64,000 nt of DNA from Octopus sinensis (taxonomy: Eukaryota): NCBI RefSeq assembly GCF_006345805.1, contig NC_043018.1:4650001-4714000 (forward strand), read 5' to 3'. The notes beneath the pieces are model-generated. The model saw nothing but the letters and a program-made list of their open reading frames with translations. It did not search any database and was not told where the DNA came from. Within the stretch, counting starts at the first letter, position 1, and each line of letters opens with the position of its first letter. Below are positions 52,076-64,000 of this stretch, one piece after another. Both the position numbers and the translations under genes were made by a program.

Positions 52076-52906
52076 TTAATTAGACAAGTGATATTTAATT
52101 TTATTTTATTTTTTTAATGACCTGGGGCTAAACAGTAACATGATTCAAAAAGGGACTCCTTTACACAGGCACTCAACCTGCTCGAAATAGCAGCTACATC
52201 TACTGTCAAATCAAATCTTGGTGTAGTTTTTAATTTTTTCTAATAAAAAAAAAAATAACAAAGTCATATTAGATAACCTAGTCTAGTCCTAAAAGCTTTG
52301 CTTGAGATAAAGATGGGATGGTCATGGCTTGATTGTCTTTGATCACATATCTGCTCCTTCAGAGCTCATTTGAGAGTAAGCACCACCACCACCATGGTTA
52401 TGGTTTCTCTATTTTTTCATTGTCTGTTGTACTTGGGTTGTTGCAGAAATTCTTTACCACAGTCGTTGCCTTGAATCTGCAACGCATCTTTCTTTTTTTA
52501 CGCTTGTTGCAGAGTCCACTTGTAGTAAACTTGAAATGATTTCATATCTTCTGATGAGTCTGTGTTGCTAAGCACTCGTGTTGGCCTCCTTTATCTCTCA
52601 GACCAGACCAGATCGGTAGAAGTAGCACCAGATCAATATAGTCAGCATTTACTAAACAAAATACAAACAAAATGTAATATATATATATGTAACATCTCAT
52701 CAGTCGTTAGTCTTCGTTATGTCTCTGAGAGGGTTTTTGTTTTTATCTTTATTTTACCATTGAAAAAAATAACTGAGTCATCAAATATATTTTAATGGAA
52801 AGTCTACTTTGTCGCCTGCTTGTGTGTATGTGTTTATATGTGTGTGTGTGTGTGTGTAAAACCCATGCAACATGGAATACAGATGCTAAATGATGATGAA
52901 TGAGAT

Positions 52907-52937
<31 letters not shown>

Positions 52938-54879
52938 TCCATACAATATACATTCAAAGATCTTTCTATTTCTCTGTCTTAACACCTATTACTTCTTGAG
53001 GGATTGAGTACCCTTTCCTTTTTTTTTATATATCTGTCAGCTGGTGTTCCCATGAACAAAAATAGAATAACTTTTGCATTTTGTTAGAGATACTGTAAGA
53101 GTATTCAATACCTCAAGAAGTAGAGTGGATTATGATGGATAGACGAATAGATACATGTATCAATTTGTGTGTGTGTGTACATAATACATACACTCATCTT
53201 CATCATTTAACGTCCATGGTCGATGCTGGCCTGGGCTGGATGATTCTGCCAGATCCAATACAGCTAATAAGCGCTGAATTGTTTCTGCTTTGGCCTGGTT
53301 TCTATGGTCGGTGCCTTTCCTAATGCCAACCACTTTACAGAGTGTGGACTGGGTGCTTTTCTCATGCCACTAGCATCATCATACAGTTTGTGAAACCTGA
53401 GGGGGGGGGCTTATGGTTATAGTATGAAAACAGCAGGTGGGGCAGAGCAGGTTCTTGTTGTAAGGGAGGTACAATGGCTACTCATATTTAGGAGAGAGAA
53501 TAAGAAACATAGATCGAGAGCAAGCTAGATAAGATAATGAGCTAGCAGAATCATTAGCATATTAATTAGCAGAATCATTAGCATATGCCAGGCAAAATGC
53601 TTATTGGCATTTTGTTTTTCCTTATACTTACAAGTTAAAATTTTGCTGAGGTCAACTTTGCCTGTTATTCTTTTGGGGGTTGATAAAACAGGTACCAGTT
53701 AAGTCCTGGGGTGAATGTAATCAACTTGGCTACTCCTGAGTATGAGTACAAAAACAAAATTGCACCCCTCTACCAAGCCATATCATGCCAGTGTGGCAGA
53801 GTAGACTCACCAAACCAGTATGATCTCAAGCTCAAATTCACGGTTTGCACATCAGACCATAACTGGTGGAGAGAACATGCTTAGGCCTTCATCCTGCAGC
53901 GGACTGAACATGGGCAGTCCAGTCCAGTCAAAGAGCTAATATAAGACATAGCATACACTATACCAGAAGTTGGTGGCTTTCTCCGTTGCCACATGTGGAA
54001 GATGATGAAGTTACAGAAATAGTAGGGTGCTGTTAGACCTACCCAACCCATACCACCATGGAAGAAAAAAATGGCAGACATAAATGTTGATGTCTTTTCT
54101 TCTACCAAACTCCAGTCAAAGAATTTGGTTGATCTGAAGCTATGGTACCAGACACTTGTACCATGGTTTGGCTGGGTGGTATTGAAACTGGAAACATGTA
54201 GTTGTAATGCTTCTTAACCATAGATCCACATGCAGGTGTGGATGTATGCATAAGTGTGTGTGTGTGTGTGTGTATTCAGTGATTATGAGTTAATGTTTAA
54301 AATTAGAATCTGTGAGAGTTGTCTCTTCAAACAAGAAAATTTTCTTTACATTATGGTTATGTCATTTATTTAAAGAGAGCAAAATCTACGCAGAAATACG
54401 CAGCTCGTCTGTTTTGTGTGTGTTTGTGTGTAGACTCACAGACACGCATACAAGGTCGGACATATCCACAACACTTGAGAAACTGTTAGCCTTGCGGCTG
54501 CATCAAGAGCCCTCTTCTACACAGCAGACCTGCCATTCACACACACTCATTCCCACTTCATCTTTTTCCAGGTTTCTTTGTTAGATGTTTGCTTTCAGGT
54601 CTATTTTTAAGTTGATAGCTTTTTTATGTCAACTTGTTTATTATTATGATGATGATGATGCTTTTTAATTAAAGTTTTTTGGCAACTTATCATTAAGGTT
54701 GCAAGCTGGCACAATCGTGCCACAAAAAATGCTTAGCGCATTTTCCCCGACTTTACATTCTGAGTTCAAATTCTACCGTGGTCGACTTTGCCTTTCGTCC
54801 TTTCTAGATCGATAAAATAAGTACCAGTTGAACACTGGGGTTGATCTAATTGACTTAGCCCCTTCCCCAAAATTTCTAG

Positions 54880-55500
54880 TCGCTTTCCCATACATTTGAG
54901 GGAATTCAGGAAATGGTCAACAGGTTTATGTATTTGAACTGATTATCAGCCTCAAGAAGACCAAAGTTTTATTTCAACCAAGGTTTGGGGCAGAACATAC
55001 TCAAGACTCAAACATGATGATAGGCAACAAGCCACTCCAATGGGTCGGGTCATCTAAATATCTTTAACAATACTGTTGACGACAAAGTCAATGTTAGAAT
55101 ATCTAAGACTACAAATGCTTTTGGAAAACTTTCCCATCGTTTGTGGGATGAACGTAATGTCAGCCTGAAAACTAAAATAAGTGTCTACAAATCTTGTATG
55201 GAGCAGAAGAAGCATGGATTCCCTAATACAGACATGTAAAGAAACTTGAAACCTTTCGCGAGTGCTGTCTGCGCAATGTCTGCAACATAAAATAGCGACG
55301 GTAAGATACCAAATGTCAAAATCTTAGGAAAATGTGATATTTCCAGTATCCAAAGGATGCTGCTGAGAATTTAGTGCAGATGGGTAGGGCATGTCGTTCA
55401 AATGAAAGATGACTGCATTCTAAAAATTCTTTTGTATGGCCAACAAGTGGAGGGACACTAATTTACTGATCATGCTTCAAGACCTCTGCAGAGAAATCTT
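54880..55500 (+). mobile_element. Decayed RTE (BovB-like) fragment
   Basis: Fragments ..VDDKVNVRISKTTNAFGKL.HRLW..RNVSLKTKISVYK and ..WVGHVVQMKD. Confidence 0.65.
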
Positions 55501-55607
55501 GCAGTTCAAAACAACGATGATTTTTTTTTAGTCATGTATATGCAGGAATACAGAGAGAGAGAGAGAGAAAACAAGTATAGAGATTGAGTTTATATATCTA
55601 ACATATA

Positions 55608-55978
55608 TTTCTATATATAAATGGCAATTTCTGTCTGTCTGTTACCAACTTAGTGCCTAAACCGCTGAACTAATATTCATGAAACTTTGCATACATGTGA
55701 CACTAACATCAAGTTCAATAATAGGCTAATTGGATTTCAATAAAAACCTATAATGTGCCCCCCCCCCAGGGGCCTTGGATGAATTATATGATAAAATGAG
55801 AAGGTTGCAAAAAATATAAGTCTGAGGTAGTATCAGGTGACTTATATTAATGAAGTGGTGAGAATGGGATGGTAACATTAATAAAGCTGCCATATACTTG
55901 TGAGGAATACTTAACTTTAAGGAGAGAGGGTGTAGGTGGCTTTTCTGCTGTCCATTGCTAAGAAACATTCATATTCAG

Positions 55979-56017
<39 letters not shown>

Positions 56018-56370
56018 CACATACATACATACATATGTCTACTATACAACATTTGTGTACATGTGTAAATTTGTGTGTGTGTGTCACATCCTATAACTCT
56101 CTACTTTTGTAGGGTCTTCCCTGTTGCTGTCACATATTGTGAGATTTTAAAATTACGTCAAAATTTTCAAATTTGATATATTTAAATAATTTTCCACATT
56201 AAATCCAATTTTGTTATTTATTTGTTCCTAACATCCAGTTGAATTGGATTTCAATAAAAATCTATAATGGGCCCCCTAGGGTGGGGGTGGGGAGGCTGTA
56301 GAACATGTTTACAAATCAGTTACAACATGCAACAATGCCAGCTACAATAGGCAAACTATTTGTCAATGTA
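55608..56370 (+). mobile_element. Possible non-autonomous Helitron-like repeat with internal duplication
   Basis: Starts TCTATATATAAATGGCAATTTCTGTCTGTCTG..ACCGCTGAACTAATATTCATGAAACTTTG. The segment TTGGATTTCAATAAAAA.CTATAATG.GCCCCC occurs twice (~55731 and ~56245). The 3' terminus is unclear. Confidence 0.35.
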
Positions 56371-56751
56371 ATTGGAAATCTATTTATTTAATTTATTTTA
56401 CTCAGATGCATATTCGTTTGTTAAATTATTACAGGAGAGTGAAAATATTTTTTGGTATTATTCACTATTACACATCTTTCATTTGCTAATAGGAATTATA
56501 AAGCTTTGCATGTAGATAGACATGTAAGGAATTTTCAGTTAGAAATTCTTCAGACAGAGTAGAAAAAGTATAATTTCCATTTCCCTGTTTTGCTAATACA
56601 AAAACTCGGCAAAAAATATTTCCATAATCATCAATTTTAATATATATTTTGACTAACATAGAGCATCAACTGAGACTACATATTGGATTGCAATAATGGA
56701 ATAAGCAGATGTGTTTCAAGAGGAAACAGCTGAGATTTACTCTCATTACCT

Positions 56752-56798
<47 letters not shown>

Positions 56799-57249
56799 CA
56801 AGATGGTTTGATTCAGATTCCTGGCTACTTTGAGTTTCACAACCGCTAACAGAACCACTCCTGAAGCCAGTGGAAATTCGAATGAACCGGGAGGTGCAGG
56901 AAGTTCAAGATGACCACCGGTAGAAGGACTGCAATTGGTCTGAATGAAACTGTTTTCAACTATACATGGAACTCTAAATAAATGTGTTGAGTGCCCTTTT
57001 GTTTGTCCAATCACTCATACACACACGCACACACACATGTATATACCTATACATTCATTGACATGCACATATATATATACACACACGCATACACACAAAC
57101 ACATGTACATATATACTTACATATATATACATACATGCACATGCACGCTATTCAAAATATTGATGGCAATTACAATTTTGATATATTTAATGTCTCTTCA
57201 TGACAGATTTTTTGAACTACAGAGGAACACATGAAGTGCTAAACATTGG

Positions 57250-57292
<43 letters not shown>

Positions 57293-58250
57293 TGTGTGTT
57301 TGTGACTAATTTAGAATTGTGAGTGATAACAGCTGACATTTTTCCTTTGTTCAATACAGGAATTTTAAATCCACAGATGTCAGCCTGTGACCTAATTTAG
57401 TGTCTATTGTGATTACACTTAATTATATTTACCAATATTTGTACTGTTTCTAGTCTGCATAAAAACACTGGTTTATACTTTGTTTTTGTTTACTCCTGCA
57501 GCACACACACCCCTTTCTCTCCACACCCCTCTCACTTTGTTATTTTTACAGTGATTTTCATGTCAACACTTCACCTGTAACATCTGCTTGCAAAGCATTC
57601 ATTTTATATAAAATACTGCACTTACGAAGACCTGTTGAGTCAAGTGAAGTCATTGTTGTGACTGATGACAGTGCCGCCTGATTGGCACATAAAGAGCACC
57701 ATTCAAGCGTGGTCGATGCCAGTGCCGCCTGACTGGTCCCGTGCCAGTGGCACATAAAAAGCACCATTCGAGCATGGTTGAGGCTAGTGCCAACTAACTT
57801 GTCCCATGCTGGTGGTACATAAAGAGCACCATTCAAGCGTGGTTGATGCCAGTACTGCATGACTGGCCTCCATACCAGTGCCACATAAAAAGCACCCGCT
57901 ACACTCTAGGAGTGGTTGGCACTAGGAAGGGCATCCAGCTGTAGAAACTTTGCCAGATCAGATTGGAGCCTGGTGCTCCAATCTGATCAGCTGTACCCAA
58001 TTTATCAATTTGTATGATCATGTATGGAAAAATGGAGACCACCTCCCCCCTGTGGGATGAAGTTAAAATAATAGACAGAGAACACCACTGGAAAATACGA
58101 AAACTTAAAGAAGCAGCACATATGCTAGGGCACAACAACCTCCTAAGCAGACCGAGTGCAGATATGAGCAGCATATGGGAACCGGTATTAAGGAAGGATA
58201 GAAAAATATTAGATTTATAAGCCCTAAAATTCACTCCATAATTGCCCACA

Positions 58251-58320
58251 GGCATATGGCATAGTGGTTAAGAGTCCAGGCTACTAACCCTGAGATTCCG
58301 AGTTCGATTCCAAGCAGTGA
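58251..58320 (+). promoter_or_regulatory. tRNA-like segment with Pol III A and B boxes
   Basis: A box TGGCATAGTGG (58257-67) and B box GAGTTCGATTCC (58300-11). Confidence 0.7.
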
Positions 58321-58402
58321 CCTGAACAATAACAATAATAATAATAATAACAACATCGAAACATACCTTAGGAATGAGAACCCAGGTTTGAAATTTCCCC
58401 AA

Positions 58403-58448
58403 GACACCTGATGATGGCTGGAGGGTATATCAGCCGAAACGTTGTGTT
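58403..58448 (+). ncRNA. Minimal type I hammerhead ribozyme (dimer-dependent type)
   Basis: GACAC-CUGAUGA-U-GGCUG-(10 nt)-CAGCC-GAAAC-GUU^GUGUU. Stem I is 5 bp, stem II is 5 bp, and helix III is reduced to the palindrome AACGUU. Confidence 0.7.
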
Positions 58449-60063
58449 AACAACAAACAAGATGAGGACAAATATCTGTCGAAGGTAAATAATGTAAATA
58501 ATGTACATAATTCCTCATCTCTTAAATATAGAACTGTAATATTTGGGACCCCAATAATATTAATAACAATCACTACTTGATAATAATGAATGGCATCTAC
58601 TGTATTAGACAGAATAATATATGCTCCAAAATTTAGAGAGAAAAAAATACATATTCAGTAGCAGAACCAAAACTGTGCACCAATTGCACCAGTCACATCA
58701 ATTGCATCTGTTGCATAAATTGCACCAGTCACACCAATCACATCAATTGCACCAGTCACACTAGTCGTATCAATCACTCACTGGGTAATCCAGCCTTATT
58801 GCTGAGTTGAATTACATGATGCAACACCTATCGTTTCTTCTCTGTAAATTCTTTCTGCTATTTTATCTGTCATAAGACAAATTTATCAGTCATTTTGTAT
58901 GAGCAGAATAGTTTATTGTACTAATGTCCAACATAACAAGGTGTCCTCTCTTGGTTCAATGGCTTTCATTGATAGCTTCATTAAACAAATTACAAATTAA
59001 CTGCTTTACCATTGTTATGTATCTGATTTCACATTCCTCAAAATTTGTCACCTTATACCTATCCAAGAAATCAATAATAATAATGATACTAAAACCAGAA
59101 ATTTGATTATATTAACCCCAGTGTATGACTGGTTCTTTATTTTGTCAACCCCAGCAACATGAAAGGCAAGATCACACTAAACTCTAATATACCAGTTGCA
59201 TACTAGGATAGTCTATAGACTAACCCCTTTCCTCTAAAATTGCTGACCTTGCGCCTAAATCAGAAACTATTGCTGTTGTTGTTGTTACAACAAAGGTAGC
59301 AAGCTGGCACAATTGTTGGCACTTGGAGGTGAAATGCGTAGCAGCAGCATTCTGTCTGTCTTTATGTTCTGAGTTCAAATTCCACCGTGGTCAACTTTGC
59401 AAGTTGAACTGAAGGTTCAATGTAATCGACTTACTCCCTCCCCTGAAATTACTGGCCTTGTGCCAAAATTTGAAATTATCATCATCATCATCATTATTGG
59501 TGAGCTGGCAAAATTGTTACCATGTCAAACAAAATGCTTAGTGGTATTTTGTCCATAATTCTATTCTGAGTTCAAATTCTGCCAAAGTCAACTTTGCCTT
59601 TCATCCTTTTGAGGTTAATAAAAAAAAAAGTACCAGTTGAACACTGGGCTCAATTAAATTGACTTAGCCTCCCCACTCCAGAAATTGCTGGCCTTGTGCC
59701 AAAATTTGAAATCATAATCATTCTTATTATTATCATAATTAAGTCAGTGGAAATGCTGCAAATAGCTGTGAGTTAGTAGAAATCATCCTCGTCATTTAAC
59801 GTTTAACCTTCATCTTCCATGCTGGCATGGGTTGGATGGTTTGACTGGAAACTGGTAAATGAGAGGACTGCACCAAGCTCCACTCGGTTTTTATGCCCAT
59901 CCAAACATCAACCACTTTACAGAGTGGACTAGGTGCATTTCTGTTGCACCGGCACCAGTTATATATATGTATTTGCAGTGATAATTACCATAAAAACACA
60001 AGACGAAGACAGGTGTGCAAACAACAAACAGATGTATTAGTTTAATGCTCGGCAAGTGAGAAA

Positions 60064-60102
60064 GTCTTTTATGTTTCGAGCCTACGCTCTTCGACAGAAA
60101 GG
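60064..60102 (-). ncRNA. Degenerate minimal HHR-like motif
   Basis: CUUU-CUGUCGA-A-GAGC-GUAG-GCUC-GAAAC-AUA^AAAG, with two core deviations (A6>U and G16.2>A). Confidence 0.4.
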
Positions 60103-60408
60103 AACACGGAAATAAACAGGGAGAGAAAATAATAATAATGATGATAATAATAATAATATGACCTGAAATTTGGGAGGGTAGGGGTCTAGTTGATTTGATT
60201 GACCCTAGTACGCAACTGGTACTTGATTTATCAACCCTGAAAGGATGAAAGGCAACCTCAGTGTAATATGATGGATCAGTAATATAATGGATTCAAATCC
60301 ATTTATTTTGGGTTTCTTTGTATAAAATATATTTTGTAACTAATTAAAGGAAATTATTGCTGATGCTTCGTTATCGTTAACTTTTGTTTCTACTTTTTGT
60401 TATTTCAG

Positions 60409-60515
60409 TGAAGATCGTGATCCGTGGTGATAGAAATGTTGGTAAAACCTGTTTATTCTACCGGCTGCAAGGAATGAAGTTTCGGGAAGAATATATTCCA
60501 ACAGATGAGATCCAG
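60409..60515 (+). CDS. RABL6: Rab-like protein 6, coding exon 2 (P-loop)
   Basis: tatttcag|TG AAG...ATC CAG|gtaggc. Translates to (M)[35 protein letters not shown], similar to human [36 protein letters not shown]. Confidence 0.95.
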
Positions 60516-62094
60516 GTAGGCTTCCTTAGACATTTGTGGCATTTTCATTCTAAATGATATAACCCTTTCCTGGGCTGTATTTCTAAAGAATTGGTGCGGC
60601 CCTTGGGTTAAGTTCTCTTCCAGCTATATGGGTCAATGGGGATGACCATGGTTGGAATGCTTGTGATCATTTTTGCTCATTCAGGATTAACCTTAACAAA
60701 CAAACAAATACAATCAGGTCTTTTAGTTTCCCTTCTTCTAATGCTTTTTTTAAAATTTTTCATGTTTTATTTGTTTCAGTCATTTGACTGCGGCCATGCT
60801 GGGGCAGCACTGCCTTGAAGAATTTTAGTTGAACAAATCGACCCCAGGACTTATTTTAAGCCTTGTACTTATTCTATTGGTCTCTTTTGCCAAAATGCTA
60901 AGTTACAGAGACATAAACAAAACATCAGTTGTCAAATGGTGAGAGACAAACACACACACACACACATACGACAGGCTTCTTTCAGTTTGCGTTTACCAAA
61001 TCCACTCACAAGGTTTTGGTTGGCCCAAAGCTATAGTAGAAGACACTTGCCCAAGTACGACTAAACCCAAAACCATGCAGTTGAGAAGCTAATTTCTTAC
61101 CACACAGCTACATCTGTGCCTTTATTCAGTTATTCAAGTATATCATTGATCCTTTTATGGGGTTGTCTCTCAGAGAATGAAAATATTAAACTCACCTTTA
61201 CACTTGTTTGTGTAGAACTGCTAATAGTTAGTCATTTATGTCAACTTGTAGGCCATTACTAAACATCTAATCAGTCGCACACTCTCATCACCATCACTAA
61301 GCTCTTGTCACTTGTTCCTTAAGTCCTTTGGCCAAAGCTTATTGTTCAAACAGCTTTCATTTTATGGCCATCTGTTTAAGCAGTGTTGATGTAAGGATTA
61401 TCATGTGGAATGTATAATCCTTACTCAGTATTTAAGACCCTTGGGATTAGTCCGAATTTATATTCCTTTCTTAGCAGTTTAACACAACAACCTCATTCAT
61501 TGATTTTAGTTAAGGTTTGTGGTTTTGTTGTTTGTTTCTGATACAACTTACCTCTGTATTATGGAATAAACGAACAGTCAAGGTTTCCAATGTAAAGCGC
61601 AAGGAGGGCATTCATTTGTTGATTTAGCAGCTGAGAGGTTTGTTTTTTGCTTGGGCTTCAATGGAGAGTTATTTAAGGTGGAATTTTGTGTTTGGATAGT
61701 CTTCCTGTTGCCAACCCTTTTCTGATTTTCAGGCAAAAGATTTTTTTTATTCAAGAGATCTTTGAAGGTACAGAATAACCAGTTATAATGTCAGTGTTCA
61801 GGCACCTATGTACACAAACAGGTGTGGCTGTGTGGTAAGAAGTTTGTTTCCCAACCATGTGGTTCTAAGTTCAGTCCCACTGTATGGCACCTTTGCTAGA
61901 TTCTGGACGGACTTGAAGGTAAACAACTAGAAACGGGCTAAATAACATACTGTACAGTGGAATTGAACCTTGAACTTCGTGGTTGTGAAGGAAGTTTAAC
62001 CACCTGGTCATACCTGTACCTATATGTTGCTTATAAATGCTCAACCGGTTTATAGTAATTAATTTGAATTGATCTGTTTTTGTTCCTGTTGCAG

Positions 62095-62220
62095 GTGACC
62101 AGTATCCAGTGGAATTATAAAGCTACGGACGATGTTGTGAAAGTTGAAGTTTGGGATGTTGTCGACAAGGGAAAGAAAAGGAAAAAAATTGAAGGTTTAA
62201 AAATGGAAAATGTTGACCAG
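62095..62220 (+). CDS. RABL6: Rab-like protein 6, coding exon 3
   Basis: ttgcag|GTGACC...GACCAG|gtacaa. Translates to VTSIQWNYKATDDVVKVEVWDVVDKGKKRKKIEGLKMENVDQ. Confidence 0.95.
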
Positions 62221-62422
62221 GTACAAAAAAATTGCTTCTATTTATTTATTATTTACATAGGTGCAGGCATGGCGGCAGTGTGGTTAAGAAGTTTGCTTTA
62301 GAACTGCATAGCTTGGGGTTCACTCCCACTGCAGAGCTGCTATTGCCTGGTGACCTCTACCATAGCCACTGGTTGACCAATACCTTGTGAGTAAAATTGG
62401 TTGATTGAAACTGAAGAAGCTC

Positions 62423-62456
<34 letters not shown>

Positions 62457-63722
62457 TTTGTGATTTTGTTTGTATTTTGCCTCATCTTCATGTGTCTTCA
62501 CAGATTCTGGCCAAAAACACCGCCATTCATTCAGGAGAGCTGGCAGAAACGTTAGCATGCCAGGCTAAATGCTTAGTGGTATTTCATCTGTCTTTACGTT
62601 CTGAGTTCAAATTCTGCTGAGGTCTACTTTGCCTTTCATCCTTTCAGAGTCGATAAATTAAGTACTAGTTGCATACTGGATTCGATCTAATCGATTGGAC
62701 CCCTCCCGCAAAGTTTTGGGCCTGGTGCCTAGAATAGAAAAGGTTTGCTTTGTAGTTCACTGCAAAAACAGGTCCAGGCTTCTTGACATGACTTTGTAAA
62801 CAAATGGCTCGTTTGGACAGTGTTTGTTTCCGTTTCTCTGCATAACAAGAGTTCAAGCTGTTCTTCAGACGAGAAAGATTATTACCTGTGTTGGAAACAG
62901 GTGAGGCTTGGCATATCAGGAAGAGTATCCAGCTGCCCCATCGTAGTCTCATATGACACATGCAATCATGGAAAAGTAGATATTAAAACGATGGTGATGA
63001 TTGTTCTGTTTTATGAAAAACTTTGAAACAAGAGATCGTTAAAACAAGAGATCATTAATCCTTTGTTTACCATTGATTGCCTTTATTTCAATTAATTTTC
63101 AAAATAATTAAGAATTTAATAAAATAACTTTGTAGGGATTAAAGTGGTGTTTGGAAAATAAATTAACACAATGTCTGCTTATTTACAATTAAAGTCTGAT
63201 GTCAAGACAAGAGGACACAAACACCCAAACACCCACACACATACAGCAGGCTTCTTTCACTTTCTGCTGACCAAATTTACTCACAAGGCTTTGATTGGCC
63301 TGAGGCTACAATAGAAGATGTTTACCCAAGGTGCCACACAGTGAGACTGAACCTAAAACGATATGGTGGGGAAGAGATCTTATTAGCCATGCCTGTAACT
63401 ATATATATACATTGTGTGTATGGGGGGGGGGCACTAACTTAACCCTTTAGCTTTCAGATTGCTCTGTCAAATGTAAATCTTCTTTATTTTTTATTTCTTC
63501 AAGTTGATCATCCATTATCTGTTAACTTCAAGATTTTAATGATGTGATAGTTTATTTTTGAAATGTCATTGTAGGGTAGGTGTGAGAAGCCAGCTGTGTC
63601 TGGCCTGAACCCAAAACAAGGAGAATATTTGGGTTTAAATGTTAAAGGGTTTCAGCTGTGGACATGCCTACATTTTCTTGGTGTTTCTCGATACATCTGA
63701 TGTATTTTGCTCTTTACTTCAG

Positions 63723-63814
63723 AATATGGAAGACCATTGTCTGGATGCTGAATTTGTAGACGTTTACAAAGGTACAAACGGAGTTATCATGGTATATGAT
63801 GTCACAAAACAATG
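63723..63814 (+). CDS. RABL6: Rab-like protein 6, coding exon 4
   Basis: tacttcag|AATATG...CAATG|gtaaat. Translates to NMEDHCLDAEFVDVYKGTNGVIMVYDVTKQ(W), similar to human LDAEFLDVYKNCNGVVMMFDITKQW. Confidence 0.93.
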
Positions 63815-63840
63815 GTAAATCATAACATATTTACATATAA

Positions 63841-63877
<37 letters not shown>

Positions 63878-64000
63878 CATCTCTTATTTGTTGAGGTGAG
63901 AATCTGTTGTGATTTATGTTGGGAGATACTGAAGTCGATTATAACTGAGCAATCAGTTGTGCTTTTTACTGAAGACGTCGGTTGTATAAGTCAGCCCTGA

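Larger units (their letters stand above)
58016..58545 (+). mobile_element. Penelope-like element 3' fragment: GIY-YIG endonuclease C-terminus plus pLTR-like region
   Basis: DHVWKNGDH(fs)PLWDEVKIIDREHHWKIRKLKEAAHMLGHNNLLSRPS..MSSIWEPVL* fits the PLE endonuclease pattern H...H...W....I...E.....RK.KE. It is followed by a tRNA-like segment and an HHR. Confidence 0.75.

Noticed and set aside
58251-58320. Functional tRNA gene
   Set aside because: A and B boxes are present, but a full cloverleaf acceptor stem and a poly-T terminator are not evident. It is treated as a tRNA-derived head.

Overview
This is AT-rich, microsatellite-laden metazoan genomic DNA. The SINE and RTE-LINE repertoire is most consistent with an octopus or other coleoid cephalopod (inference). 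Two genes lie head-to-head with start codons only 228 bp apart. DARS2 (mitochondrial aspartyl-tRNA synthetase) is on the minus strand, with 4 coding exons found at 23569-23482, 7906-7734, 5611-5513 and 4122-4024, and apparently a GC-AG third intron. RABL6 is on the plus strand, with 4 coding exons at 23798-23918, 60409-60515, 62095-62220 and 63723-63814, and a 36.5-kb first intron. Both genes run off the window edges. The introns are full of transposon remains: RTE, CR1-group and HERO-like LINEs, a DD36E Tc1-like element, mariner, hAT, Helitrons, a Penelope-like element and tRNA-derived SINEs. The most striking signal is a set of hammerhead-ribozyme (HHR) elements. A non-coding ~532-bp unit is arranged in tandem plus one inverted copy (1009-2746), and each full unit carries a complete type I HHR, a retrozyme-like or Penelope pLTR-like architecture. 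There is also a Penelope GIY-YIG remnant followed by a tRNA-like head and a minimal HHR (58016-58545), and two short palindromes beside (TA)n tracts whose arms carry partial HHR cores. Most ORFs in the supplied track are microsatellite or TE artefacts.
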